Source of the DNA: an uncultured Pseudomonadales bacterium
GTDB lineage: Bacteria; Pseudomonadota; Gammaproteobacteria; Pseudomonadales; Azotimanducaceae
Reading direction: 5' to 3'
Length of the DNA: 31,805 nucleotides
Assembly (NCBI GenBank): GCA_964489485.1
Contig: CAZAZB010000001.1
Span: 1-31,805, forward strand
Of this stretch, positions 16,992-26,089 are shown piece after piece. Numbering within the stretch: position 1 is the first letter of the stretch; every line of letters begins with the position of its first letter. Under the pieces are notes generated by a model that was not told where the DNA came from, did no database searches, and saw only the letters and a list, made by a program, of their open reading frames with translations. Both the position numbers and the translations under genes were made by a program.

Positions 16992-18908
16992 ATGTCATCA
17001 GATATTCAGCAGGCAGAAACTGCACATCAAAAGGGTTTTCTTGAAGAAGCTAAACGGCTCTATTCGGACATATTGAACAATAACTCAGATAATGTTGACG
17101 CAATTTATGGATTAGGGACCCTGGCGCTACAACAGAATAACCTGCAAGACGCTGAGAGACTCCTCGCCAAAGCACTGACACTTGAACCCAGCGCCGCCGA
17201 CATTGCATTTAACTATGCGCTTTGTTTGAATAAATCGAAAAAATCTAACGAGGCAATAAAGGCAGCCACTCAATCCCTGAAGTTTTGTGGTACCGATGAA
17301 GTGTTATCACGAACTGCATGCCAGCTCTTACTAACGCTCAATCAACCAAAATTCGTAGTGGAACACTTTTCCCGTTCAAAACATCATCAAACCAGCAGCC
17401 TGATCGTTTTGGCAAAAGCACAGGGTGCTATGGGCAATTGGGACAAATCCGTTTCTTTACTACGCAAGCTCTTCCTTCATCATCCAGATGAAGCGCCAAT
17501 AGCCAAAGAACTATCACAAGCCGCTGCCCGGCTACGTGACTACCCCCTGGCAATAGAGAGTTTCGGTCACTATATGGGCCTCATCTCACCCGGTTACCTG
17601 GACCATCTACAATTTTCTGACCTCTATCTGATGGCAAGAGATGTTGACAGTAGCGAAACGCAGCTTTCACTGGCCCACTCAATCGGGGAAGCGTCACTCA
17701 TTGAGAACAACAGTGATTACCATCTACTTAGAGCAAGGCTGGCGCGTTTAAAAGCTGAATATGAGGAAGCACGGGAAAGTAGCTCAAGGGCATTAAACAT
17801 CAACCCTGGCGACGGGCAAGCATGGAGTATTCAATTTGAAACAGCGGAAGATGACGACCTGAAAGGCCTGGTTGACAGGATCAATAATGAGGTCAATTTT
17901 GAGTCCCTAACACCCTACAACCACAGCCTCATCCGCTATACACTCGCTGATATGCAGGTTCGGCTAGGCCGAAAAGCTGATGCTTTTTCCAACTATGCCA
18001 TGGCCAACGACAGCCAACAACAGAGGCTCCAGGCAAAAGGCACAGCTTACGAATTCGTATCTAATGAAAGACGTGTCGACAATATCATTCAGCAATTCTC
18101 GCGCTTACCTTCTTTGGTCATCAATGATCATGCAAGCCAGTCCGCAAATCAGGTAGTCCCAATCTTTGTGTTGGGCATGCCTCGATCAGGTACAACCCTC
18201 GTTGAACGAATGTTGTCTCAAATCGATGGTGTGCTCGCCTGTGGTGAAATTGAGGCAATGGGTTTTCTTGCGACCCGTTACCATCAACAAGTAAATGATG
18301 GCACCATGCCGCTGCCTGTCGACATGACATCACGCCACTGGAGGGGGATCGCGGAACAGTATTTTGATTTTGTTGGCAGCAATGCACACAAAAAGAAGCA
18401 AGACAAAGCTGAACCCAATCTTCAATACATCACGGACAAGATGCCACACAACTTCAATCATGTCGGTATGATTTTGTCTATGTTTCCGACGGTCAAAGTC
18501 ATTCAGCTGCGCCGGGACCCACGGGATGTGTGCCTGTCGATTTACACTCGATACTTTCCGGACGACCACAACTACGCCTGTAACTTCAAAGCGCTAGCTC
18601 ACGCCTACAAGCTAGCCAGGCGGTTGATGGACCATTGGTCAGATCTCGCACCAGATCGTGTCGTAGACGTAAACTACGAAGGCCTGGTGAGCGATCCGCT
18701 GACAGAGGGCAAGAGAATGGTTTCATTCTGCAATCTAGCCTGGTCAGACGAATGTCTTGAGTTCCACAAGGATATCACCTCCAGTTTCACTTTTAGCGAG
18801 ATGCAGGTTCGCGAGGCCGTTCACCAGAATCGCCTGAATCGGTGGAAACAAATGGAGAGCCATATTCAACCCCTGCTACAAGCATTGCAGTCTGAAGGTT
18901 GCCTATAG
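16992..18908 (+). CDS. TPR-repeat PAPS-dependent sulfotransferase (Sulfotransfer_3-type)
   Basis: N-terminal TPRs; 5'-PSB PIFVLGMPRSGTTLVERML; ITDKMPHNF; 3'-PB RRDPRDVCLSIY; VNYEGLVSDP; SEMQVR. ATG 16992 preferred over the GTG start at 16944. Confidence 0.92.
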   Translation: MSSDIQQAETAHQKGFLEEAKRLYSDILNNNSDNVDAIYGLGTLALQQNNLQDAERLLAKALTLEPSAADIAFNYALCLNKSKKSNEAIKAATQSLKFCGTDEVLSRTACQLLLTLNQPKFVVEHFSRSKHHQTSSLIVLAKAQGAMGNWDKSVSLLRKLFLHHPDEAPIAKELSQAAARLRDYPLAIESFGHYMGLISPGYLDHLQFSDLYLMARDVDSSETQLSLAHSIGEASLIENNSDYHLLRARLARLKAEYEEARESSSRALNINPGDGQAWSIQFETAEDDDLKGLVDRINNEVNFESLTPYNHSLIRYTLADMQVRLGRKADAFSNYAMANDSQQQRLQAKGTAYEFVSNERRVDNIIQQFSRLPSLVINDHASQSANQVVPIFVLGMPRSGTTLVERMLSQIDGVLACGEIEAMGFLATRYHQQVNDGTMPLPVDMTSRHWRGIAEQYFDFVGSNAHKKKQDKAEPNLQYITDKMPHNFNHVGMILSMFPTVKVIQLRRDPRDVCLSIYTRYFPDDHNYACNFKALAHAYKLARRLMDHWSDLAPDRVVDVNYEGLVSDPLTEGKRMVSFCNLAWSDECLEFHKDITSSFTFSEMQVREAVHQNRLNRWKQMESHIQPLLQALQSEGCL

Positions 18909-18944
18909 CGTAGCCAGCCTATAGCGCAGGTTACTGGCCGGATT

Positions 18945-20198
18945 CTACTTCTCTATTTCTTCGGCGGCAGGCACCCTTCTCTGCGCCAACCATCTTGTTT
19001 TCTGCTGAAAAGAACGCTGTACAGCCTGCTGTTCTTCGATGGAGAGATCTGGATGCCAGATAGAGAATATGAGCACAATCCGCTCAGTTGAACTACCGTT
19101 ATAGGCCTCATGGTCAAAGGTATCATCAAAGACAACCGGTACCCCTTCTTGCCAGTGATGGGTCTCATCGCCAACCCTGAGCCAGCAGTCCTCCGGGACA
19201 ATCAGGGGCAAGTGAACGGTTAGACTATGATTAGACAAGCCATAGTGTGGCTTGATGTGTTGGCCTGCTTTGAGGAGGGAGAAAAAAATCTCGAAGGGAT
19301 CATTTTGCAAACAATAAAACGGAATACTCTGCATCCTGGTATTTCCATATTGCGCCTTACTTTCAGATGTACCGGCAAGCCCAAGGGCCGCGAGGGTTTC
19401 AGGAAAAGCAGATGCCACAGGGTGATTTAACGCACCTTCCTTGTATAGATCCAGCGCTGTCCAGTTGAGAGAGCCAACGAGCGGACCAAACCCCTGATCC
19501 AGTTTTATGCCTTCAGGTAGATAGGGTCTACCTTCATCTCGAATATGTGGAAGAACCGCCAACAGCTCCTTCTTGATGACCGGGGCCGCAGCCTCCAATT
19601 TTTTCAACCACAACCACGTCGCCTCATGTTTTTTCGGGGACTCAAATGCTTTCGCTTCAATATCGGGAATGTAAAATAATTGCGGTCTTTGTTTCGCCTT
19701 GGCGAATGGGTATGGCTGGTCGTGTGTTCGCGTCCAGATTGATTGTCTGATTCGAGTGCAATGTTCACCATCACCGACAGACGCCCGGTGCATTGCAGAC
19801 AAACTTACCCGCACCAACTTATTCGCAGCGGCTGAGCGATTGCGGGTTTCTAACGATTGCTCCTTGTCTTGCCAAAGGGACAGAGTTTCCTCGCTCAGTT
19901 CTGTCAACAACGAATATATCGACAAGGCTTCTTCGAGGAAATTGTGAGACTGGAACCAGTAGCCGGTATAGAGATAAGCGAGGGGATTGTTCGGTGCAAG
20001 AGAAAGGCATTTAAGATAGCTATCTCTTGCGCCAACATCCGTGCCTATTTGTTCTTCAATGACTGCCAGCCGATAGTAGATTTCAGCATCCATACGTTCC
20101 CGCGACAACTGGCGTAGTCGTCTCAATCCAAGCTGGTTTCTTCCTTCTGCGAATGCCTCATCGACCTGTTCTATCAGGTCCTTCTGTCGTTCACCCAT
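18945..20198 (-). CDS. TPR + aspartyl/asparaginyl beta-hydroxylase-domain protein
   Basis: FFSLLKAGQHIKPHYGLSN...VHLPLIVP...WQEGVPVVFDDTFDHEAYN...RIVLIFSIWHPDL (two-His AspH pattern). TPR-like helices at the N-terminus; no TM helix. Confidence 0.9.
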   Translation of the reverse strand: MGERQKDLIEQVDEAFAEGRNQLGLRRLRQLSRERMDAEIYYRLAVIEEQIGTDVGARDSYLKCLSLAPNNPLAYLYTGYWFQSHNFLEEALSIYSLLTELSEETLSLWQDKEQSLETRNRSAAANKLVRVSLSAMHRASVGDGEHCTRIRQSIWTRTHDQPYPFAKAKQRPQLFYIPDIEAKAFESPKKHEATWLWLKKLEAAAPVIKKELLAVLPHIRDEGRPYLPEGIKLDQGFGPLVGSLNWTALDLYKEGALNHPVASAFPETLAALGLAGTSESKAQYGNTRMQSIPFYCLQNDPFEIFFSLLKAGQHIKPHYGLSNHSLTVHLPLIVPEDCWLRVGDETHHWQEGVPVVFDDTFDHEAYNGSSTERIVLIFSIWHPDLSIEEQQAVQRSFQQKTRWLAQRRVPAAEEIEK

Positions 20199-20351
20199 GA
20201 GTTCCGATTTTCATGCCTCTATTCATTTCCGTGTCGGTCATTAACCCTACAATAATAATGACAAACAGACAGCCAATTCAGGTCAATAGATTCAATCATA
20301 TACTCGAATTTGGGTTAGTATTCAGAAAACTTGGACATCGCACAGGCAAGC

Positions 20352-21266
20352 ATGACAGAAACAGATCAATGGTCTGACTATTGGAATAATGAAGGTACTT
20401 CCGGGGAAGTCTTTATTAACAAATCAGGCGAGCGGCACCCGCAGCTAGCCGCCTACTGGCATACACAAATTTCTGGTGCCCACTCTACCTCTCGAATCAT
20501 CGACCTCGCCTGTGGGGCTGGCTCGATCTATTCCGACCTACACAAAGAACACACCTTCTCCTTATTCGGCGTGGACCTTTCCGTGGATGGTCTACATCTT
20601 TTAAAGCATCGATTGCCAAACACCTCAACAGTGGTCTGCTCTATTACAGAGTTGCCCTTTCCTGAGCGAAGTTTTGACCTGGTAGTGAGTCAGTTCGGGA
20701 TTGAGTATGGTGGCGCGACTGCTTTTGCCGACGCCGCCAGCCTGGTGAACAGCGGCGGGCGAATCGCGATGCTCTGCCATATTGAAGATGGCTATATTGA
20801 TGCAAGAAACAAGCTTCACCTTGGTGGTGCAAAATTGATCATCGAGTCTGAATTTATTCCCAGGGCAGTCGAACTGGCGAAGTCGGCTTTCGCCAGAGAA
20901 CCGGCAAGACGACAAAAAGCTGAAACTGAGTTTACGCAGGCCAATGATCAAATTGCCTCAATTCTGGAACAGAATCCTGGCGGCATTCACAGCCATGTCT
21001 ATTTTGGTTTTAAGCAATTGTTCCAGCGTGTCGCGCACTATGATGAATCTGACATAACAACGTGGCTGGAGACCATTCATGCGGATGTAAACAAAACGAT
21101 TGCCAAACTAGCCACTATTACTGATGTCGCACTTTCCGAGCATTCAATAAAACAGATATGCCGTGATTTCACCCATTCAGGGCTTCGAAAGGTAGGCTAT
21201 TCTCCCTTTGCGATATCAGGCAACAGTCTTCCCATCGCCTGGAGCATCACTGCAGAACGCCCCTAA
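20352..21266 (+). CDS. Class I SAM-dependent methyltransferase
   Basis: WSDYW N-terminus, motif I IIDLACGAGS, GVDLS, LPFPERSFDLVVSQFGIEYG. ATG 20352 preferred over TTG 20331. Confidence 0.85.
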   Translation: MTETDQWSDYWNNEGTSGEVFINKSGERHPQLAAYWHTQISGAHSTSRIIDLACGAGSIYSDLHKEHTFSLFGVDLSVDGLHLLKHRLPNTSTVVCSITELPFPERSFDLVVSQFGIEYGGATAFADAASLVNSGGRIAMLCHIEDGYIDARNKLHLGGAKLIIESEFIPRAVELAKSAFAREPARRQKAETEFTQANDQIASILEQNPGGIHSHVYFGFKQLFQRVAHYDESDITTWLETIHADVNKTIAKLATITDVALSEHSIKQICRDFTHSGLRKVGYSPFAISGNSLPIAWSITAERP

Positions 21267-21320
21267 GGTGAGTCCCGCACCTCTAACTGAACTCAAGTTG
21301 TACTACACCCTAGAGTTTTC

Positions 21321-21971
21321 CTAATTGACCCTTCGCACTTTGACCAGTTTACGGACACCTTCAATCTTTAGATTAAAGGACCCCATGACACCCTTTTCAA
21401 TCTTCACCATTTGGCCGACTTTTATTCGCACTCTCGCATCTTCGACTTCACGCCAGACCTGTCCATTTTCGAGCCTGAAATAGTCTTCACGGCGCGCACT
21501 CTGTGTCACTTCCACAATTCGAGACTCAATAAAGTCCCCGCCTTTCTTGATGGGAGGACGTTTACCAAAATCCTTTTCTTTATCCTTGGAAATAGTGCCG
21601 GTTGAAGTGCTGGCTGATTCGCTGGCTGATTCGCTGGCTGAGGTGCTGGCTGAAGCACTAGTAGGCGTCCTGACAGACTTTATATCATCTGAAATCACCA
21701 ATATTGTCGATACCTCAGAGGTCTGCTCTTTCGGTTTTATGCTAACCCCATTCGTGGGCATGTTGGATTGGCTGGATGCTGCACCTAATGTTTCATCATA
21801 ACAATGTAATCTCGCCGATGATGATCCGTGTTTACGACAGGCAAGCATCATGTCATAACAGGCTAATTTATCAGTATCTTCAGAGGTTAGGTTACAGGGT
21901 TTCGCCAGGGTCCCCACCGGTAAAAGCGCCCCGGCAATCGAGACAACAATCAGGGATGCAATTCTGTTCAT
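21321..21971 (-). CDS. Exported hypothetical protein: two C-x11-CYD motifs, Ser-rich linker, C-terminal beta-rich domain
   Basis: Sec signal MNRIASLIVVSIAGALLPVGTLA; CNLTSEDTDKLACYD and CRKHGSSSARLHCYD; SASASTSASESASESASTST; FRLENGQVWREV...VKIEKGVMGSF. Confidence 0.8.
   Translation of the reverse strand: MNRIASLIVVSIAGALLPVGTLAKPCNLTSEDTDKLACYDMMLACRKHGSSSARLHCYDETLGAASSQSNMPTNGVSIKPKEQTSEVSTILVISDDIKSVRTPTSASASTSASESASESASTSTGTISKDKEKDFGKRPPIKKGGDFIESRIVEVTQSARREDYFRLENGQVWREVEDARVRIKVGQMVKIEKGVMGSFNLKIEGVRKLVKVRRVN
21609..21656 (-). repeat. 4 x 12-bp coding repeat giving a Ser-Ala-Ser-x tract
   Basis: On the + strand: GCTGGCTGATTC twice, then GCTGGCTGAGGT and GCTGGCTGAAGC. Confidence 0.9.
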
Positions 21972-22111
21972 TCCAATATTTCCCGTTAACGATACTGGCC
22001 TATTTTAGCTGATTTTCGATCACTTGCGATGTCTATCGTCTTGTCGTTCAAGCGACCAACTACATGCTACAATCGAACATTGAATCTGACTTCCAATTGG
22101 GACAGAAATAT

Positions 22112-23719
22112 ATGACGCGACTGGTTATTGCAGCAATAGTTGTGCTCTATGCACAATTGACGGTAGCGCAGGTAGACGCAACATCAGCAGACTATGACAC
22201 CCAAACCATTACCATCGCACTCGCCCAGGAACCACCACAACTTAACGGCATGAAAGCGACTGATCAGGTCAGTATTTTGCTCCTCAGCCATCTGATGGAA
22301 GGACTGGTTCGTTATGACCGCCGCGGCAAGATTGTACCGGGAGTCGCCGAACGTTGGGAGATGGATGACAAGACAGCCACCTTCTGGCTAAGGGACAACG
22401 CACTCTGGAGTGATGGTCAACCAGTGACCGCCCACGATTTTGTTTTCGCCTGGCGCAATGCACTTGATCCGAAAACAGCATCTGAATATGCATTTATTTT
22501 GTATCCACTAAAAAATGGCGAGGCCATCAATCGCGGCGATATGGACCCATCCATGCTCGGCGTTACAGCAGTAGATGATAAGACCCTCAAGGTCGTTTTT
22601 GAACGACCCACCGGCTACTTCATCAAACTGACCGCGTTCACAACCTATTTTCCTGTGAGACAAGACTTCTTCGAATCTCGCGGCGATCACTACGCGGCAG
22701 AACCTGAAGATTTGCTCTACAACGGTCCATTTCGAATGACTGAGTGGACTCATAGTGCATCACTTCGAATGGTGAAGAACGAGAACTATTGGGATAAGGA
22801 AAACATTACCCTCAATGCAATTAATGCAGACTATATCACTGCCGATACCAGGGCACGGCTCAATCTATTTATCGACGGCAAAATTGTCCACACTCGACTC
22901 GATGGGGAGACCTACAAAGATGCCCTCACCCAGAAATTTAGAATTCGTAGATTCACCACTGGTTCTGTTTTCTTTCTGGAATATAACCATCGCCCAGGGC
23001 GAGTCACAGCCAATGTAAACCTTCGCCGCGCCATTCAGTACGTCTTCGACACAAACGAAATGGTTAACAAGGTTCTTGCAACACCCGGCAACCTACCCGG
23101 CGAAAGCCTTTTTCCTGTTTGGCTAAACGGTGTTGAAGACAAATTCCGCCGAGAATACCCGGCAAAGAAGGTTGATCTCGATGTTAAAAAAGCAAAAGAT
23201 TTTCTCGAACTGGCAAAGAAGGAGCTGGAGATAGACAAGCTCCCACCACTTATACTTCTCGTTGGCGATAGCCCAACCGCAGCCAAACAAGCTGAATATA
23301 TGCAAGGTTTACTAAAATCGCGATTGGGGCTTGATGTCAAGATCGATATTCAAACATTCAAACAAAGACTCGCCAAGATGAGCGCTGGAGATTTTGATAT
23401 CGTTGGTGCCGGATGGGGACCTGACTACGACGACGTGATGACATTTGGAGATCTACAGGCTTCGTGGAATCTCAACAATCGTGGCAAATATAATAACCCA
23501 GAATACGATCGACTAGTGCGCGTTGCCATGAACAGCGCCGATGCGAAAGTTCGTATGGATGCCATGGGAAAGCTACAAGACATCCTCTTTGATGATGCCG
23601 TCATTCTGCCGCAATACGAACAAGGCGTCATCTATCTGATGCACCCAAAACTAAAAGGCGTTGTTCGCCGTGTGGTAGGCGCTGACCCTGATTACACATA
23701 CGCCAGGGTTGTAAAATAA
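22112..23719 (+). CDS. oppA: Oligopeptide ABC transporter substrate-binding protein
   Basis: Signal peptide MTRLVIAAIVVLYAQLTVA; EGLVRY, PGVAERW, WSDGQPVTAHDFVFAW, NGPF, GWGPDYDD (family 5 SBP). ATG 22112 preferred over 22064. Confidence 0.92.
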   Translation: MTRLVIAAIVVLYAQLTVAQVDATSADYDTQTITIALAQEPPQLNGMKATDQVSILLLSHLMEGLVRYDRRGKIVPGVAERWEMDDKTATFWLRDNALWSDGQPVTAHDFVFAWRNALDPKTASEYAFILYPLKNGEAINRGDMDPSMLGVTAVDDKTLKVVFERPTGYFIKLTAFTTYFPVRQDFFESRGDHYAAEPEDLLYNGPFRMTEWTHSASLRMVKNENYWDKENITLNAINADYITADTRARLNLFIDGKIVHTRLDGETYKDALTQKFRIRRFTTGSVFFLEYNHRPGRVTANVNLRRAIQYVFDTNEMVNKVLATPGNLPGESLFPVWLNGVEDKFRREYPAKKVDLDVKKAKDFLELAKKELEIDKLPPLILLVGDSPTAAKQAEYMQGLLKSRLGLDVKIDIQTFKQRLAKMSAGDFDIVGAGWGPDYDDVMTFGDLQASWNLNNRGKYNNPEYDRLVRVAMNSADAKVRMDAMGKLQDILFDDAVILPQYEQGVIYLMHPKLKGVVRRVVGADPDYTYARVVK

Positions 23720-23725
23720 CTGCCT

Positions 23726-24658
23726 ATGTTCGCCTACACCTTAAAACGACTCGCAGCCGGAATTATCACCGTCTGGTTTATTGCAACAGCGACATTCATC
23801 GCGATGCACATGGTTCCCGGTGATCCGTTAATGAACGACAAGGCGGTATCTGCGGAAATTCGTAAGAACCTGGAACAAAAATATGGCCTGGACAAATCTG
23901 TCCCGGAACAATATGTGATTTTTCTACGCAACATGCTGAAAGGCGATTTCGGTATATCATTCACCCAACAGAATCGACGTGTTAACGACATCATTCGAGA
24001 CCATTTCCCCGTGTCTGCAACACTTGGGATACTGGCAATATTCTTTGCTGCTGTTGGTGGTGTCCTTTGGGGCGCGCTAACCGCGCTCTATCGCAACAAA
24101 GCACCGGATGTCATCATCATGTTTCTCGTCATACTTGGCATCTCCGTACCAAGCTTCGTCTTTGCCGCACTCGGTCAACTTATGCTGGTTAATATTAACA
24201 GTATGTTAGGGCGCTCGGTCATACCGGTCGCAGGCTGGGGAACCATCTGGCACATGCTCATGCCTTCCCTTGTGCTGGGACTTGGTACCATGGCACTCCT
24301 GACCCGGTTAATGCGCTCTTCAATGCTAGAGGTGATCAACGAAGACTATATAAAAACAGCTCGCGCCAAAGGGCTTTCACCTTCAAGGATATTTTTCAAA
24401 CACCAACTTCGAAATGCTATTCTCCCTGTGATCACCATTTTAGGACCCCAGATAGCAGCGATTACAACCGGTGGCTTTGTCGTCGAACTGGTATTCGCAA
24501 TACCAGGGCTCGGCCGCTATTTCGTTCAGGCAGTACAGCAACTCGACTATACGGTCATCATGGGCACCACTGTCTTTTATGGGGCATTTCTTGTGCTGAT
24601 GGTCATCATCGTTGATATTCTTTATGGGTTTATTGACCCCAGGGTTCGTCTGCAATGA
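23726..24658 (+). CDS. oppB: Oligopeptide ABC transporter permease
   Basis: PGDP, GLDKS..EQY, GDFGISF, EAA loop DYIKTARAKGL, DILYGFIDPRVR. Confidence 0.95.
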   Translation: MFAYTLKRLAAGIITVWFIATATFIAMHMVPGDPLMNDKAVSAEIRKNLEQKYGLDKSVPEQYVIFLRNMLKGDFGISFTQQNRRVNDIIRDHFPVSATLGILAIFFAAVGGVLWGALTALYRNKAPDVIIMFLVILGISVPSFVFAALGQLMLVNINSMLGRSVIPVAGWGTIWHMLMPSLVLGLGTMALLTRLMRSSMLEVINEDYIKTARAKGLSPSRIFFKHQLRNAILPVITILGPQIAAITTGGFVVELVFAIPGLGRYFVQAVQQLDYTVIMGTTVFYGAFLVLMVIIVDILYGFIDPRVRLQ

Positions 24659-26085
24659 CAGATATCGCGATTGAGAACCAATCTTTTAACCCAGGCCCTG
24701 ACGATTTTTCGACAGTCAATTCCAATGTTAGTGTTGAGCAACTATCACGGCCTTCGCTTTCCTACTGGCAAGATGCCTGGATACGACTGAAAAGTAATAC
24801 GCGTGCAATCATTTCTCTTTACATCGTCATGGCGCTCGCATTTTTTACACTGGCCGGGCCTTATCTCTGGCAAGTAGACCCATCACTGCAAGACCTTAAT
24901 CAGATATCCCAGGCCCCTTCATGGCCGAAACAAGCTGTTCTTGTTGGCCGGTATGAACGCTGGTCCGGCATCACTCTCGATGGGTTCCCAGTGGAACCGG
25001 AAGAATACGCAGAGACGGTAGAGGCTGTAACCGGACTCAAAGCGTATGGTCTGCCAACAACCCAGCAGGTCAGATTGGTTTGGGATCCCGTTCAAGGTGC
25101 CGGTGGATATAACATCTACCGTAATCAGCGTCTGCCAGAAAATTTCAACGATCTGGGTTTGCCGTTAGGGTCCACTGCGGGTGGCAACGAAGTAAGCTAT
25201 GAAGATCGGCTTAGCCTTGAATCTCGTGATTACTACTATGCCATTGTCCCAACGGATGGTTTTGATGAATATGAACAGTACACCGTGCTTAAGATCATAC
25301 CCGAGATGACCATCACCATTAGCGAGGCACGGGACAGGGGCCTCGTTGAACAAGGTGATGGGCTTGAAATCGGAAATGAGCTAACACTTGAGTTTCACCC
25401 ATTCGGTACTGATTATCTTGGCAGGGATATGCTTGCCCGGCTCATGCAAGGAGCGCGCGTCTCGTTGTTTATAGGCATCGTCGCCCCTTTTATCTACGTC
25501 ATTATTGGCATTATTTACGGTGGCTTCGCAGGATATTTTGGTGGTAAATTTGATTCACTGCTTATGCGCTTCGCAGATTTTGTCGTCGCTCTGCCATTTC
25601 TGTTATTTATGATTTTGTTCAAAATCGCATTTGGCATCGGTCCTGGCGAGAGTGGAATATTCCCCATGCTCATCGCGTTGATACTTCTTTTATGGCCAGC
25701 GACAGCGCGCCTTGTGCGTGGGCAGGTTTTACAGATCAGGGAGCAGGGCTACATTGAAGCGGCACAACTGCTGGGCGCGAAGCCTACCTATTTAATTCTT
25801 CGCCATATTATCCCGAATACGATGGGTGTCATATTGGTGACACTGACTTTCGCGGTTCCCGCTGCCATTTTCACCGAAGCATTCTTATCCTTCATTGGTA
25901 TGGGCGTCGCGCCTCCAACGCCCTCATGGGGCTCCATGTGCAATGAGGGTGTTAAAACCATGTTAAGTCATCCTCATGAACTCATTTTCCCAGCGGTTTT
26001 TATCAGCGTGACAGTGCTTGCATTTAATCTCCTGGGCGACGGACTGACAGAGGCGCTCGATTCAAGAATGAGGTCTAGAGAATAA
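24655..26085 (+). CDS. oppC: Oligopeptide ABC transporter permease with an inserted FN3-like periplasmic domain (476 aa)
   Basis: SYWQDAWIRLKSN, HPFGTDYLGRD, EAA loop YIEAAQLLGA, SWGSM, FNLLGDGL. About 157 extra residues lie between PSW and HPFGTD. Confidence 0.92.
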   Translation: MTDIAIENQSFNPGPDDFSTVNSNVSVEQLSRPSLSYWQDAWIRLKSNTRAIISLYIVMALAFFTLAGPYLWQVDPSLQDLNQISQAPSWPKQAVLVGRYERWSGITLDGFPVEPEEYAETVEAVTGLKAYGLPTTQQVRLVWDPVQGAGGYNIYRNQRLPENFNDLGLPLGSTAGGNEVSYEDRLSLESRDYYYAIVPTDGFDEYEQYTVLKIIPEMTITISEARDRGLVEQGDGLEIGNELTLEFHPFGTDYLGRDMLARLMQGARVSLFIGIVAPFIYVIIGIIYGGFAGYFGGKFDSLLMRFADFVVALPFLLFMILFKIAFGIGPGESGIFPMLIALILLLWPATARLVRGQVLQIREQGYIEAAQLLGAKPTYLILRHIIPNTMGVILVTLTFAVPAAIFTEAFLSFIGMGVAPPTPSWGSMCNEGVKTMLSHPHELIFPAVFISVTVLAFNLLGDGLTEALDSRMRSRE

Positions 26086-26089
26086 CCCC

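Noticed and set aside
18945-20198. Lipid A hydroxylase LpxO
   Set aside because: Same catalytic family, but it lacks the terminal TM helices of LpxO and has TPR-like repeats instead.
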